Assembly (NCBI GenBank): GCA_965207455.1
Contig: CBDBMJ010000001.1
Location: 480,001-544,000 of the forward strand
Reading direction: 5' to 3'
Length of the DNA: 64,000 bases
Source of the DNA: Bdellovibrionota bacterium
Lineage (GTDB): Bacteria; Bdellovibrionota; UBA1018; CAIPTA01; JAALKR01
The notes below the pieces were generated by a model. That model was not told the origin of the DNA. It did not search any database and saw nothing but the letters and a program-made list of their open reading frames with translations. Numbering within the stretch: position 1 is the first letter of the stretch; every line of letters starts with the position of its first letter. The position numbers and the translations under genes are program-made. This document shows, in pieces, positions 19,134 to 29,212 of the stretch.

Positions 19134-19897
19134 TATTCATATCTCCTTATTACACTTAATTTAAGTACTGTTTTTATTTCGTTTGTTAGAGTTCGATTAT
19201 GACCACGGGGACCAGCGCTTTTTTCTTGAAAAATATAGCGGAAGCGGCAAATTCTTTCTTGACTGGAACCAATGAGTATTTTTTTTTGGCTTGCCAAATC
19301 TATTATCTCAGCATTCGCAACTATCCAGTCTTCGCTGTTTGAGACTGGTATTTGCGTCCAGCTATTACTGTCCTTTATTTTACAGAATAACTGGTATTTC
19401 ACCTCCAAACCAGAAATGATATTATATGCTTGTTGACCGCTGGTGCGGTAGTTATTGAATAGAAAACTTAATTTTGAATCTATATAAAAGTATTCATTTT
19501 TTACACCTTGAGCAGCTACAGATCGATTGTCTATACAAAAATCAATAAAATATTTTGCTCCGTAGTTATCTGAGAATAAAGCTATATTTAAGCCAGTGCC
19601 ATCTGACCCAATTTTTTTTGAAGTATCGTTTTCTGTTGTGATAGCTTCAGTAGTGTTTTCTGCACTTGGTGTTATACTTTTGTATTCTGATATTGATTCA
19701 CCCTCAAATTTGTAAAGAATGGCATCTCTTGAGGGTATACCGCGCATTATGCCAGCATTACAAATACTTAATTCTACTGTATTAAAATGAAGAAGCATCT
19801 TGAGTTGATGCTTAATAGGAAAGGCATTGATGCTTGGATAGAATAGCGCAGTTATTAATAGTAGTGAGCATAGTTTTATTTTTAAATTTTTCATCAT
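19133..19897 (-). CDS. Secreted 4-Cys paralogue (member 5)
   Basis: ICNAG, YGAKYFIDFC, LFCK, CRFRYIFQE. Confidence 0.85.
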   Translation of the reverse strand: MMKNLKIKLCSLLLITALFYPSINAFPIKHQLKMLLHFNTVELSICNAGIMRGIPSRDAILYKFEGESISEYKSITPSAENTTEAITTENDTSKKIGSDGTGLNIALFSDNYGAKYFIDFCIDNRSVAAQGVKNEYFYIDSKLSFLFNNYRTSGQQAYNIISGLEVKYQLFCKIKDSNSWTQIPVSNSEDWIVANAEIIDLASQKKILIGSSQERICRFRYIFQEKSAGPRGHNRTLTNEIKTVLKLSVIRRYE

Positions 19898-20734
19898 TTA
19901 ACTGCCTTCAATTATTTTTACTGCCTCTGTTCTAGTGTTAATTTTCACTTTGTCCGTTAACCCATTTTTTCTAGGCAGTCGTATTCCTCTAGAAGCCTCT
20001 CTGAATTCGTACCGGACTCTGCATGAGGTAACTGTAGCAGATTGAAGCTTTACGGAGAAGTTCTCAAATAAGATAGTGGTTCCAGTATTAAGACGTGTGT
20101 ATTCTCCCGATGATATTGTTTTGAAAGTATTTCTCCACACATTTCCACCATTTCTATCAGTTGATCGTTCTGTGCAAACTATTAAAGCTCGTGCTTCAAG
20201 AGCAGATTTCACCCTATATTGTGAATCATCATATACATTGTCAAAATCAATTGTAGCTGAGAGTTCGGTCCTTGGTATTCCAGTGTTAGTGGCAAAATTA
20301 CTTATGTTGGCGTAGCATATATCCACAAAATAGCTAGCACCATAATTCTTAGATTGTAAAATAAAAACTAGCTTTGACAATTTGCGCGTATTAAGGGCTC
20401 TATCTACATCCCAGTTTAGGTTGAGTTTTCTTGTAATGTCGTTTGAAGCAATCAATTCACCAGATATTGGAGCAGCTAGTTCTTTCTTATAACTAAGAAT
20501 TCCGATGTGGTCATCAGGAAGGTATTGATCAGTAGACACTGAAAAGAGCATTTTATCTAATTCGCCGGCATTTTCATGCCGCAGACCAGCATCGCAAGCA
20601 TGCAGAAAAACGCCTGTTCCGGAAGTAATAATGAAAGACAATTCTTTATCAACAGCCAAGGAGATCTTGGAGAATAGGAAAAAAGCGAGTGTTGGTAATA
20701 AAAAGATATGTTTTTTTATTGATTTTTTTCTCAC
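19898..20734 (-). CDS. Secreted 4-Cys paralogue (member 4)
   Basis: ACDAG, YGASYFVDICY, IVCT, CRVRYEFRE; GTG start with AAGGAGG RBS. Confidence 0.85.
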   Translation of the reverse strand: MRKKSIKKHIFLLPTLAFFLFSKISLAVDKELSFIITSGTGVFLHACDAGLRHENAGELDKMLFSVSTDQYLPDDHIGILSYKKELAAPISGELIASNDITRKLNLNWDVDRALNTRKLSKLVFILQSKNYGASYFVDICYANISNFATNTGIPRTELSATIDFDNVYDDSQYRVKSALEARALIVCTERSTDRNGGNVWRNTFKTISSGEYTRLNTGTTILFENFSVKLQSATVTSCRVRYEFREASRGIRLPRKNGLTDKVKINTRTEAVKIIEGS

Positions 20735-20768
20735 TTTTTTCCTCCTTCTTCTTTATAAGGTTATTGTT

Positions 20769-21461
20769 TTATTCTGCAGTAACAATACCGTGTACTCTTA
20801 CTGTCATCCTAACTAATTCGCCCTCTCGCACACTTGTAGAATTTTCTCTGAATTCATACCGAACTCTACAACCTGTGGATTGTAGTCCTACCACAGTTGG
20901 AGCACTTGTGTAGGCAATCAAATCACTGCTTCCCACATTCGTCCAGTCTAGATTCAGATAAGTAACAGTATCTGATGATTCACCATCTGAGCAGACAGTT
21001 GCAACTCGTGTTTGCAGGCTTGATCTAGTTCTATAGTCATTATTATATATTGTAAAAGTAGCATTAGCTTCTAGTTTATATGTTCTTTCTGCGCTATATT
21101 CTCCTGCCACATCATCCACATAACAGAGATCCACATAGTAGACTGCTCCGTAATTAGTAGAATCCATCAAATATACAAGTTTCTCAAGCAGACCTCCTTC
21201 TCCTCCTGGAGTTACGGAACTGTTAGCAGATGCCACAAGTGTTCCAGATGATGGTGCATTTTGAGTAACCTCGGCTGTTTGACCACTGAATTTATAAATC
21301 ATAGAGTCTGCTTCTGATTGATTCTCATGAGTTAAACCAGCATCACATACCCTCAGTCGGTCTCCTTTACCGGACAGCACTGTGAAATCAAATTCTTCTA
21401 CCGCAGCAAAAGCCTGAGTAGAAAAAAGAGCCATAATTAGACACGTTGTTATTTTTTTCAT
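20769..21461 (-). CDS. Secreted 4-Cys paralogue (member 3; candidate major subunit)
   Basis: VCDAG, YGAVYYVDLCY, TVCS, CRVRYEFRE; canonical signal peptide from ATG 21461 (in-frame ATGs also at 21497 and 21533). Confidence 0.85.
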   Translation of the reverse strand: MKKITTCLIMALFSTQAFAAVEEFDFTVLSGKGDRLRVCDAGLTHENQSEADSMIYKFSGQTAEVTQNAPSSGTLVASANSSVTPGGEGGLLEKLVYLMDSTNYGAVYYVDLCYVDDVAGEYSAERTYKLEANATFTIYNNDYRTRSSLQTRVATVCSDGESSDTVTYLNLDWTNVGSSDLIAYTSAPTVVGLQSTGCRVRYEFRENSTSVREGELVRMTVRVHGIVTAE

Positions 21462-21562
21462 TGTTGTTTCCTTTCTGTTTATTATTGTTGTTTTCATTGT
21501 TGTTTCCTTTCTGTTTATTATTGTTGTTTTCATTGTTGTTTCCTTTCTGTTTATTGTTGTTG
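21455..21562 (-). repeat. 3 x 36-bp tandem repeat, each containing RBS + ATG
   Basis: Minus-strand unit CAACAATAATAAACAGAAAGGAAACAACAATGAAAA; third copy has one mismatch. Confidence 0.95.
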
Positions 21563-21591
21563 TTTATGTACATAATCAAAATCATTCTAGT

Positions 21592-22482
21592 TCAGAGTTT
21601 AAACTCAGTATTGTATTTATTTTCATTGATGGATTTTATTTCTGTAAATGTGGATATTTCAATATTTATATTTCTGTCATTCCTTTTCTTATCAATATTA
21701 TTCTCCCTGAATTTATATCTGGTTACACATTTATTTCTAACGATATCGTTGTCTTTACTAATTTTAAATTCCTTGTTTTCAAAAGAAGTTTTTCCGGTGG
21801 CATGGATCCATTCTGATTCCAACAATTTTTCTCCATTGCACCAAAGTTCATACTTGAAGGATAGATATGAATCTTTTATATAATCTGCATTATTGGGAAG
21901 AGTTACTTCAGATCTGAAATACATTGTATTATTTTCTTTCTCCAAACCATCAGTGTTTGGGTCATTAGGGGTAGCTACAATTGTTCCTCCAGCACCATTA
22001 TAATGACAGATATCCACAAAATATTCTGATCCAGAGAAATCTGATTGAAGGTAGTATTTTAGGTTTTTCAAGACAATTAAACGATCAATTCCGTTTGCAT
22101 TTTTTACTCTATGTTTTGTTGTGTCACTGGAATATGTTCTATCATCTCCAGTCTCATTATTTGCAACAACCCATTTTTCATCATTTTTAGAACGCTTACT
22201 AGATGGAGGTCTAGTGAAATAGGAAGAGTTATCATTTAGGTCATTTCTCATAAATTTTCTAGGTTCATATTCAGCAAATTGATAATGTATTTCATCTCCT
22301 GATAAATCTCCAAGACTGTTAGGTGGCTCAACTGTTTCAGTAGAACTTATTCGCCTTAGACCAGCATTGCATGGGTAAAGATTATTTCCAGTGGTAATAA
22401 CTCGAAATGAGAAATTATTCGAAGCTCCCATTGCGCTAAATAAGATAAGAAATGAAGTTAAGATAGAAAGTATACTCTTCAT
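21592..22482 (-). CDS. Secreted 4-Cys paralogue (member 2)
   Basis: LYPCNAG, FSGSEYFVDICH, LWCNG, CVTRYKFRE. Confidence 0.85.
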   Translation of the reverse strand: MKSILSILTSFLILFSAMGASNNFSFRVITTGNNLYPCNAGLRRISSTETVEPPNSLGDLSGDEIHYQFAEYEPRKFMRNDLNDNSSYFTRPPSSKRSKNDEKWVVANNETGDDRTYSSDTTKHRVKNANGIDRLIVLKNLKYYLQSDFSGSEYFVDICHYNGAGGTIVATPNDPNTDGLEKENNTMYFRSEVTLPNNADYIKDSYLSFKYELWCNGEKLLESEWIHATGKTSFENKEFKISKDNDIVRNKCVTRYKFRENNIDKKRNDRNINIEISTFTEIKSINENKYNTEFKL

Positions 22483-23078
22483 GGTAATTGCCTTATTTGG
22501 GTTGTTATATTTAGTTCAATATTAAATACTTCTCCATTACAATAAGCGTACTTGGCTAAATTTGTTCTTCTAAATTTTGTTGTGCTGAAAAATACTATTT
22601 TTTGTGTTTTCTTCTCATTTTCATTCATTTTGCATAGATTTAAATACTTTTCTTCTCTGGCTGGGTCTGAATATCTTTCAAATTGATTAAAAATATTTTT
22701 AGGATGAAGTGTTACAAAATCTCCTGTTTTTAAGAGTTCCCTTAGTCCTTCGGTTGCTGAATTATCTTGGTATGATACTCTAAAAAAAGAATCCATTTGA
22801 TTAAAAATCAAGTGCATTGTAAGGCTGTTGCTTGCACAATTACGGCAGTATTTTTCATTTATATCGCAGGATAGCTGGTCTCCGCAAAGTTCAGCACAAA
22901 ATGTGCTTTCTGAGTTGCAGGAAATGGAGACATATTTTTGATACTTCATGCCATTATCTGTGAAATTTACTTCAATTTTTAAATCACTAAATTCTTCCAT
23001 TGCTTGTGCTGTATGTTGGAAGCATACGGATAGGAGTAGAAAATAAATAGGAATTATTTTTTTTGTATTATTTTTCAT
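22479..23078 (-). CDS. Secreted Cys-rich hypothetical protein
   Basis: Signal peptide; CNSESTFCAELCGDQLSCDINEKYCRNC cluster. Confidence 0.8.
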   Translation of the reverse strand: MKNNTKKIIPIYFLLLSVCFQHTAQAMEEFSDLKIEVNFTDNGMKYQKYVSISCNSESTFCAELCGDQLSCDINEKYCRNCASNSLTMHLIFNQMDSFFRVSYQDNSATEGLRELLKTGDFVTLHPKNIFNQFERYSDPAREEKYLNLCKMNENEKKTQKIVFFSTTKFRRTNLAKYAYCNGEVFNIELNITTQIRQLP

Positions 23079-23090
23079 ATTTCCAACCGA

Positions 23091-25892
23091 TCACCTAAAG
23101 TATTCTTTAGGTAGCCTACTTTTCCTTATTGTGCAATTTCCATCTGATTTTTGTTTTCCAAGACTAGACGCTCCTTGATAATCTAATGTTGCATAAATTT
23201 TTATAGAGTTTTTTGATTCGTTAAGTTTAACTTTTGCATAACCAAACTTGGCGAATTCTTTCATATCAATGTTTGATATAAAATTACTATTTTTTAAATA
23301 TTTCTGTGTTTGGTAATAAATGTTTTTCATGCATTTTGGATATGGATAGGGCCAGCATTTTCTGCCATTTTTTATTTGATTCAAGCAAATTTTAGGTATG
23401 GACTCATCATCGCCAAACTCTGAGCTAACAAGCTGTAGATTATCTAAATCTATTGTGCGAGAGTCTGGAATATTGTATGGGTCGTTTTCTTTTCTATAAG
23501 AGTAAGACAAAAGGCTTTCAATGAAAAATAGAGGATTGAAGTAATCTTGAATAATAGGGAGGGAACTGAGACTTATATAACAAGCGCCACAGCCGGCGAA
23601 GTTAGAGCTTTTCTTACTTAATTTACCATCATTGCCAATAATATGATCTATATTTTGACTGCTACCACAATATTGTGTAGTGATTCCAATGGACACGGGA
23701 GGCATAATAGTAGCATATTTTAATTTTTCATCGATGGATATGGTGCACGGTATATTGAATAAAGGTCCAAGATTTGCTATTAATCCAACCTTGATCGTTT
23801 GTTTTTCTTTATTGGTTTTAAATTTAATTTTTCCATCTTCAATCAATCTCTCTAAGCTAATCACTTCCCCCGGGTCTAAACGGACATTCAAAATGGCTAG
23901 CCAAGGATTTACAGCGAATAAAGCACCTCTAAAGATTGAAGCAATAATATTAAATATTCTTTCATTTGTTGCTGCCCAAGGATCGTATAATTCGCAAGCA
24001 ACTCTCTCTGAATAAGGATTGAACATGGCTGGTGAACGAATTTCACCCGACAAAGCAAGAAGTGGCTCCATATTATTCATGCTTGAGTATGTATTCATTA
24101 TAGAATCTTGAAGCAGAAGTGTGCAATCAAGTAGAGTACCGCATAATATATTTTTTGAATTTTTATTTTTACTGTATCCAGGTAAAACAGCAAATGGCTC
24201 TCTTAATGAGTCTCTACCATAGTTTCTTTTGCTAATTATATTTTCATTTTCTATCATTCCAACTTTCTTTAATTCATCTAAAAACCATTGACTGTGACCG
24301 CGTTTAGTGCCTTTATTTCTGTTGAATCTGAGGTCTCTTTTCTCACAGAAACGTACAACCTCATCTCTTATTTCTTGATAGTAACTTAAACTCTCTCGTA
24401 TAGTTGAAGCTGGAATAAAACCAGATAAATTATTTAATTGACCTATCTTCTCCATGGAATCAATCTTTGATTTCATTCCATTGATAAAATTATTATTAGT
24501 GAAAGTATATTCGGAGCACATAAAGTAAAGTCTATTGTCTTTTGAACTATCTTTGACCCAAGCATCATTATTGAAATTTATTAATAGTTTTTCTTTAGTG
24601 AGTTGACTTTTTATGAAAGATAGAACTTTTAGGGCAGAAGCCAGTTTTCTTTTAGTGTATATACCGGCCTTTGATACTTTAGAAAATAGATCGCTTGTCC
24701 ATTTCGATGCACTTGGTGATTGGTCAATATTATCCTCATAGTATATTCTGAGTGAATTATTGTTTACCGCAGGAAGAGGATTTTTCAATAGACTTTTTTC
24801 CAATTCCTCCGGCAGTGATGTGAAGTAATCATCATAAAGTTTCTGAATTTTTTGATTGGGATCTGCTAGCCTTCGCATGGAGTTCAAATATATGTGATTG
24901 CTGCTGCATGAAGGAACATTAATTGAAGCACACCCATTTGGCACAAATATAATCGATTCTTCTAAATTTATGCTTCTAAGTAAATAACTGTATTTGTTTT
25001 TTTTGGACTCATCTGAGTTTCTCCATGCCCAAGATAAATAAATCTTTAAACTATTCCAGTAATCGAATCCATTTTTTTCCCATGAATCCGTATTTGTATT
25101 TAAAATATCTAATTGATAAGTTCCATTTTTTTCTGAAGATGGATTATCACAGGAGCTTATATATTTACCCTTTTCCTTTAATGTTTTATTTAACTTAAAG
25201 ATCGAATCATCATCTGGGCGTGGTTTCACTAGATGGCTTTGTAGAGGAGAAAATTTCTTTATATAATGACAAGAAAGGTTTCCCAATACGCTAGGATTAT
25301 TTTTATTATTGTTACCCCATATTTTTTCAATATAATTGTCCATATTGGAACAATTCCACTCATTCCCTTGGCATGATTGCACCACTTTCCAATATTCGGC
25401 ATTATTTTTTAAGGACTTTTCATTGGAAGATGAAGGCAGGAGAGGTAATGAGCCAGAACTTAGTCTTTCATGGATATTGCGGATCAATAACAATAAGGTA
25501 TTTTTATACTCAATAATAGCTTCATTTATTCTGGAATTTGTATCTGATCCCGTTTCTTTACTTAACTGGTAGGCTGCCTTTCCCACATTTGTGGAATCGA
25601 GAAGGATAAAAATAGTATTTGTTGGGTATTGGGATGCATCTGCACAAGCTGCTCTGTTTTTAAATTGTAGTGGATTTAATGAAATAGGCTTTTGGAAGTC
25701 TACTGATTTTTTCCTACCTACTATCATACTTTGGCTAAAATCAATACTACTATCATTGCCTTCTACTCTTGGGGGAAAGTTATTTGCAAATGCATTCAGA
25801 TCGAAAAAAGAAATTACTACAATAATAGGAACAGAAATATACAGAGGTAATTTCCTATTTTTAACTAGTATTTTATTTTCAAATTGAAACAT
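23091..25892 (-). CDS. Large secreted Cys-rich hypothetical protein (933 aa)
   Basis: Long ORF, signal-like N-terminus, many paired Cys. Confidence 0.85.
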   Translation of the reverse strand: MFQFENKILVKNRKLPLYISVPIIVVISFFDLNAFANNFPPRVEGNDSSIDFSQSMIVGRKKSVDFQKPISLNPLQFKNRAACADASQYPTNTIFILLDSTNVGKAAYQLSKETGSDTNSRINEAIIEYKNTLLLLIRNIHERLSSGSLPLLPSSSNEKSLKNNAEYWKVVQSCQGNEWNCSNMDNYIEKIWGNNNKNNPSVLGNLSCHYIKKFSPLQSHLVKPRPDDDSIFKLNKTLKEKGKYISSCDNPSSEKNGTYQLDILNTNTDSWEKNGFDYWNSLKIYLSWAWRNSDESKKNKYSYLLRSINLEESIIFVPNGCASINVPSCSSNHIYLNSMRRLADPNQKIQKLYDDYFTSLPEELEKSLLKNPLPAVNNNSLRIYYEDNIDQSPSASKWTSDLFSKVSKAGIYTKRKLASALKVLSFIKSQLTKEKLLINFNNDAWVKDSSKDNRLYFMCSEYTFTNNNFINGMKSKIDSMEKIGQLNNLSGFIPASTIRESLSYYQEIRDEVVRFCEKRDLRFNRNKGTKRGHSQWFLDELKKVGMIENENIISKRNYGRDSLREPFAVLPGYSKNKNSKNILCGTLLDCTLLLQDSIMNTYSSMNNMEPLLALSGEIRSPAMFNPYSERVACELYDPWAATNERIFNIIASIFRGALFAVNPWLAILNVRLDPGEVISLERLIEDGKIKFKTNKEKQTIKVGLIANLGPLFNIPCTISIDEKLKYATIMPPVSIGITTQYCGSSQNIDHIIGNDGKLSKKSSNFAGCGACYISLSSLPIIQDYFNPLFFIESLLSYSYRKENDPYNIPDSRTIDLDNLQLVSSEFGDDESIPKICLNQIKNGRKCWPYPYPKCMKNIYYQTQKYLKNSNFISNIDMKEFAKFGYAKVKLNESKNSIKIYATLDYQGASSLGKQKSDGNCTIRKSRLPKEYFR

Positions 25893-25923
25893 ACTTTCGC
25901 TTTCCCATAAATGAAGAGATAAC

Positions 25924-26520
25924 CTACTGAATCATTCCAGAGCAGCTAGCTCCACTGTCACCTGATATAGTAATGAAAAGTGACATTATCTGTTGTTCTG
26001 AATGCGTTAACGATTCCTGTACTTCGCGATTTTCACCGTGCATGTTGGCGAGAGTTCCTGTAATTGATTTATATACTTGTCGTGTTACCCTAACTTTTAC
26101 AGTTGCGCGTCCTTGGGTGATCTTATGCTGGGCCTGTAGACTATAGTTGAGCTTTCTATCGCTGTTGGTCCCATTACTTGGGTTTGATCCGAAAAAATAA
26201 GAGTTATTACCGCCGTTATTGTAATTGCCCTTTCCTACTGATGCGCCGAAGGTGGTTTCAGTTTTGTCTCTCAGTTCACAGTCATAGGTAATTAATGTAC
26301 AACCACCCCCGTCACAGTCACGGCTTTCATCTTCTTCCAGTTCCTTTAATCTATCAAGCACCCCTTTACTAAGGGTTTTCTCATTATTTTCAGCTTCACC
26401 ATATTGCGTGGTTTGATCTGTTGCTACGCCAAGGTTGCTGATACTTATCCCTAAGAGCAAAACTCCTAGAAAAAATATGGGTTTCATTATTTTTGTTTTT
26501 TTGTTTTTTGTCATTTTCAT
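25924..26520 (-). CDS. Secreted hypothetical protein
   Basis: Signal peptide; AGGAG RBS; CDGGGC motif then an amphipathic beta-hairpin with a Gly/Asn loop. Confidence 0.8.
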   Translation of the reverse strand: MKMTKNKKTKIMKPIFFLGVLLLGISISNLGVATDQTTQYGEAENNEKTLSKGVLDRLKELEEDESRDCDGGGCTLITYDCELRDKTETTFGASVGKGNYNNGGNNSYFFGSNPSNGTNSDRKLNYSLQAQHKITQGRATVKVRVTRQVYKSITGTLANMHGENREVQESLTHSEQQIMSLFITISGDSGASCSGMIQ

Positions 26521-26535
26521 CTCCTTTTTTTGTTT

Positions 26536-28275
26536 TTATTTAGTATTTTTCTCACAAATTTGTTTTTCATTGTTAGAAAAGAATAAATAATCGTAGAATT
26601 CTGTTCGATTTTTTCTAGGCAAATCACATACGGATTGAATGCTTCTTTCATAATCTTCCAATAGCCTTGACTCTCTTCTCACTGTTAAAAAATCCAGTTC
26701 CCAAAGTATATCTTGTTCAGTAAATTCCCTTTTCTTCAAAGCCTTTAATTCAACTAATAATCTTATGTAGGGATGATATCTTTGGACTGAGGTGCAGGAT
26801 TTATTATTTTTATAACAAACTTTTTTGTAATTTGGCCAAATATAATTTCTATTTGCCCCTAAGCTTGATCCATTTTTAAAGGATGAAGGGATAGTATAAG
26901 AAGCGCCTACTTTAAATCTATTTATTTTTTGTATTTCTTCTATTTTATTTGTTTCTGGAACTGTTGGAATCTCCTGCAGTCCATCCTCCATCAGACTGTT
27001 AAATGATCTGTTCTTGTCGATGAGATTGACTGGTATTATGATGTTATTTTGTTTGAATCTCCAATAGTCTGTTTTTGGATTCCTGAATGATATTGCTAGA
27101 CCGTATTTTTGTTCTTTTTCAATCTTTAAATCTTTAAATATTTTAGATATTTTGATTATGCCTTGCCATTGAGGTGATAAAATTCTTCCCATTCGCCAAG
27201 TCCATGGACTCTTGCTGGGAATTTTTTCTCCTAGTTCGCTAATTTTGTAAAATATAATTTCTGCCGCTAGGGGCTTTAAGAATGAGCAATTACTTGTGCA
27301 TATGCCATTGCGGCACACCTTTGGACATACATTATTCACAGCAATGGATGCTTTTACTTTTGTTCCTTTTTCTCCAAGATCTTGTATTTCTAAAACGCCC
27401 ATTTCAACTTCAGGCGTATAATACTCTTTAATATAAATGGGGCGATTTCTTATCTCACGAGCTAAAATTTCAGGTTTTTGTGATGATTCTAAGTGCAATC
27501 GACCTGGAATACTTCCCATTAGTATAGTTTCTTGTCCTATTTCCCCGGGGGTTGCTACATTTTTTGGATTATTTATTATTCGAACAGAGGTATAGAAAAT
27601 AAACTCAATTGGAGCAAAATTATTTTTACTAAGGAATTTCTCATTTAAACAAGACTTTTTAAATTTAGATTTTATCTGAAATTTAGCACCTTTTCCAATA
27701 TGGAAAAAACAGTCTGCTGTGGTGTTCATGATAACCTCTCGGTCCGATATAATTTCCAATTCACATTGGGGAAGATTAAAATCACTGGGTGGCTTATCTA
27801 ATATTAAGGGTAGATTGGATGTGATTTTTCTTTCTAAACAATGGGTCAAAAATTTGTGTTGTTGCACAATATTTTCTTTTCTGGCATTGAAACTTTGTAC
27901 TGGAAATCTAGCGTTCAGCAATTTTTCTTCATCCTCAGTCTCACGCATGTCTTTCGATGGATCTATATATGTTTTTACTGCATCTAAAACTATGGGGGAG
28001 GAGGCAACAGTAAATGTGATATAAAGAGAATTATTATTTGCAGCACGCTTGTCGCAGTCATCTATAGTTATTCCATTATAGTCTAAACCTGTATAGCTTT
28101 TGGCAATAGTTCTAAAGGTATCTTTTGTAACCAGTGAACCACCATAGATCACTGTTCCTCCTTTTAGCCTATTTAAAGAACATAACCCACCAGTATTTAC
28201 ACGATTTCCATCAATTCCCAGAGAGTGTGCGGAAGAAAAAAATAGTATTAGGGATAAATAAATTTTTAATTTCAT
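26536..28275 (-). CDS. Secreted Cys-containing hypothetical protein (579 aa)
   Basis: Signal peptide; CPKVCRNGICTSNC cluster; ATGA overlap with upstream gene. Confidence 0.85.
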   Translation of the reverse strand: MKLKIYLSLILFFSSAHSLGIDGNRVNTGGLCSLNRLKGGTVIYGGSLVTKDTFRTIAKSYTGLDYNGITIDDCDKRAANNNSLYITFTVASSPIVLDAVKTYIDPSKDMRETEDEEKLLNARFPVQSFNARKENIVQQHKFLTHCLERKITSNLPLILDKPPSDFNLPQCELEIISDREVIMNTTADCFFHIGKGAKFQIKSKFKKSCLNEKFLSKNNFAPIEFIFYTSVRIINNPKNVATPGEIGQETILMGSIPGRLHLESSQKPEILAREIRNRPIYIKEYYTPEVEMGVLEIQDLGEKGTKVKASIAVNNVCPKVCRNGICTSNCSFLKPLAAEIIFYKISELGEKIPSKSPWTWRMGRILSPQWQGIIKISKIFKDLKIEKEQKYGLAISFRNPKTDYWRFKQNNIIIPVNLIDKNRSFNSLMEDGLQEIPTVPETNKIEEIQKINRFKVGASYTIPSSFKNGSSLGANRNYIWPNYKKVCYKNNKSCTSVQRYHPYIRLLVELKALKKREFTEQDILWELDFLTVRRESRLLEDYERSIQSVCDLPRKNRTEFYDYLFFSNNEKQICEKNTK

Positions 28276-29147
28276 TTTAATTCTCCCCCAGTTAATGTGT
28301 TAATTTTCATTGTAAGTTTGGTTGAGGGGCTTTCTCGAGCTTTCAGATTGCTCTCGGAAAACGTATGTCTCATTACACACTTTTTAGGCAAATAACTAGA
28401 AATAGAATAATCACTTAATATCGTTGAATTTGTGTTAGAAATTATTGAATCCTCTTTTGAATAAACCTCTTGTCCATCACATTTTATTATCAAAGAATGT
28501 GTAAGCTTAGCTGAAATGGCATAGTTAGCCACTGTCCTTGATAGATCATCCATTGTTATGGTTAAATATAATGGCTTATTTAAATAATCATTATTTTTAA
28601 GCCTATCGCTTGCGAATGGATTTGTCCTTCCGCTGAAATAGCAAATATCTATAAAGTACTGGAAACCATAGCTCTCAGAATTGAACTCGAATGTGATATC
28701 CTTTATAGCGACTACTGCATCCTGGCTGGTATTTTTATGGACGCTAAGATTACCAGAATAAAAATATCTTAGGGAGTGAAGCACAAAGACCTTCCATTGT
28801 TGAGGATCGCTTGAAATTTTTTGCATAGAGGATACAGTTTCTTGAGATCCATTCGGATTCAAGGATATTTCCTCTGTAGTATAAATAATATGATTCCGTT
28901 TATTCTCCCCGTTAACCGTGCTGGTGGTAACCACATCATCACTAGTATACAATGAGTTTCCCTCTCCATAATTGGGAGCAGGAGAAATTCCAACGTTGCA
29001 GGGATACAGCAATGTGTATAAGGGAAGACTTTGGGCAAAAGCACTTAGATTAGCAGTGAAGTAGAATAGGAAGAAACTACCAATTAGCCTTGTAAATATT
29101 TTTTTTATTTTTACATGTCTCACTTTCAAAATCCTCAATAATGACAA
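28272..29147 (-). CDS. Secreted 4-Cys paralogue (member 1; start uncertain)
   Basis: LYPCNVG, YGFQYFIDICY, IKCDG, CVMRHTFSE. Confidence 0.82.
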   Translation of the reverse strand: MSLLRILKVRHVKIKKIFTRLIGSFFLFYFTANLSAFAQSLPLYTLLYPCNVGISPAPNYGEGNSLYTSDDVVTTSTVNGENKRNHIIYTTEEISLNPNGSQETVSSMQKISSDPQQWKVFVLHSLRYFYSGNLSVHKNTSQDAVVAIKDITFEFNSESYGFQYFIDICYFSGRTNPFASDRLKNNDYLNKPLYLTITMDDLSRTVANYAISAKLTHSLIIKCDGQEVYSKEDSIISNTNSTILSDYSISSYLPKKCVMRHTFSESNLKARESPSTKLTMKINTLTGGELK

Positions 29148-29212
29148 GAGTCAATGCCTCGCACCCTCATCCCCAACAGTGATGACTCACAATATAACTT
29201 AAGTCTGTGTGC

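Noticed and set aside
21388..21883. Asn-rich and Leu/Phe-rich ORFs (21388..21585 -, 21446..21883 +)
   Set aside because: Alternative-frame or antisense readings of the 36-bp repeat and adjacent genes
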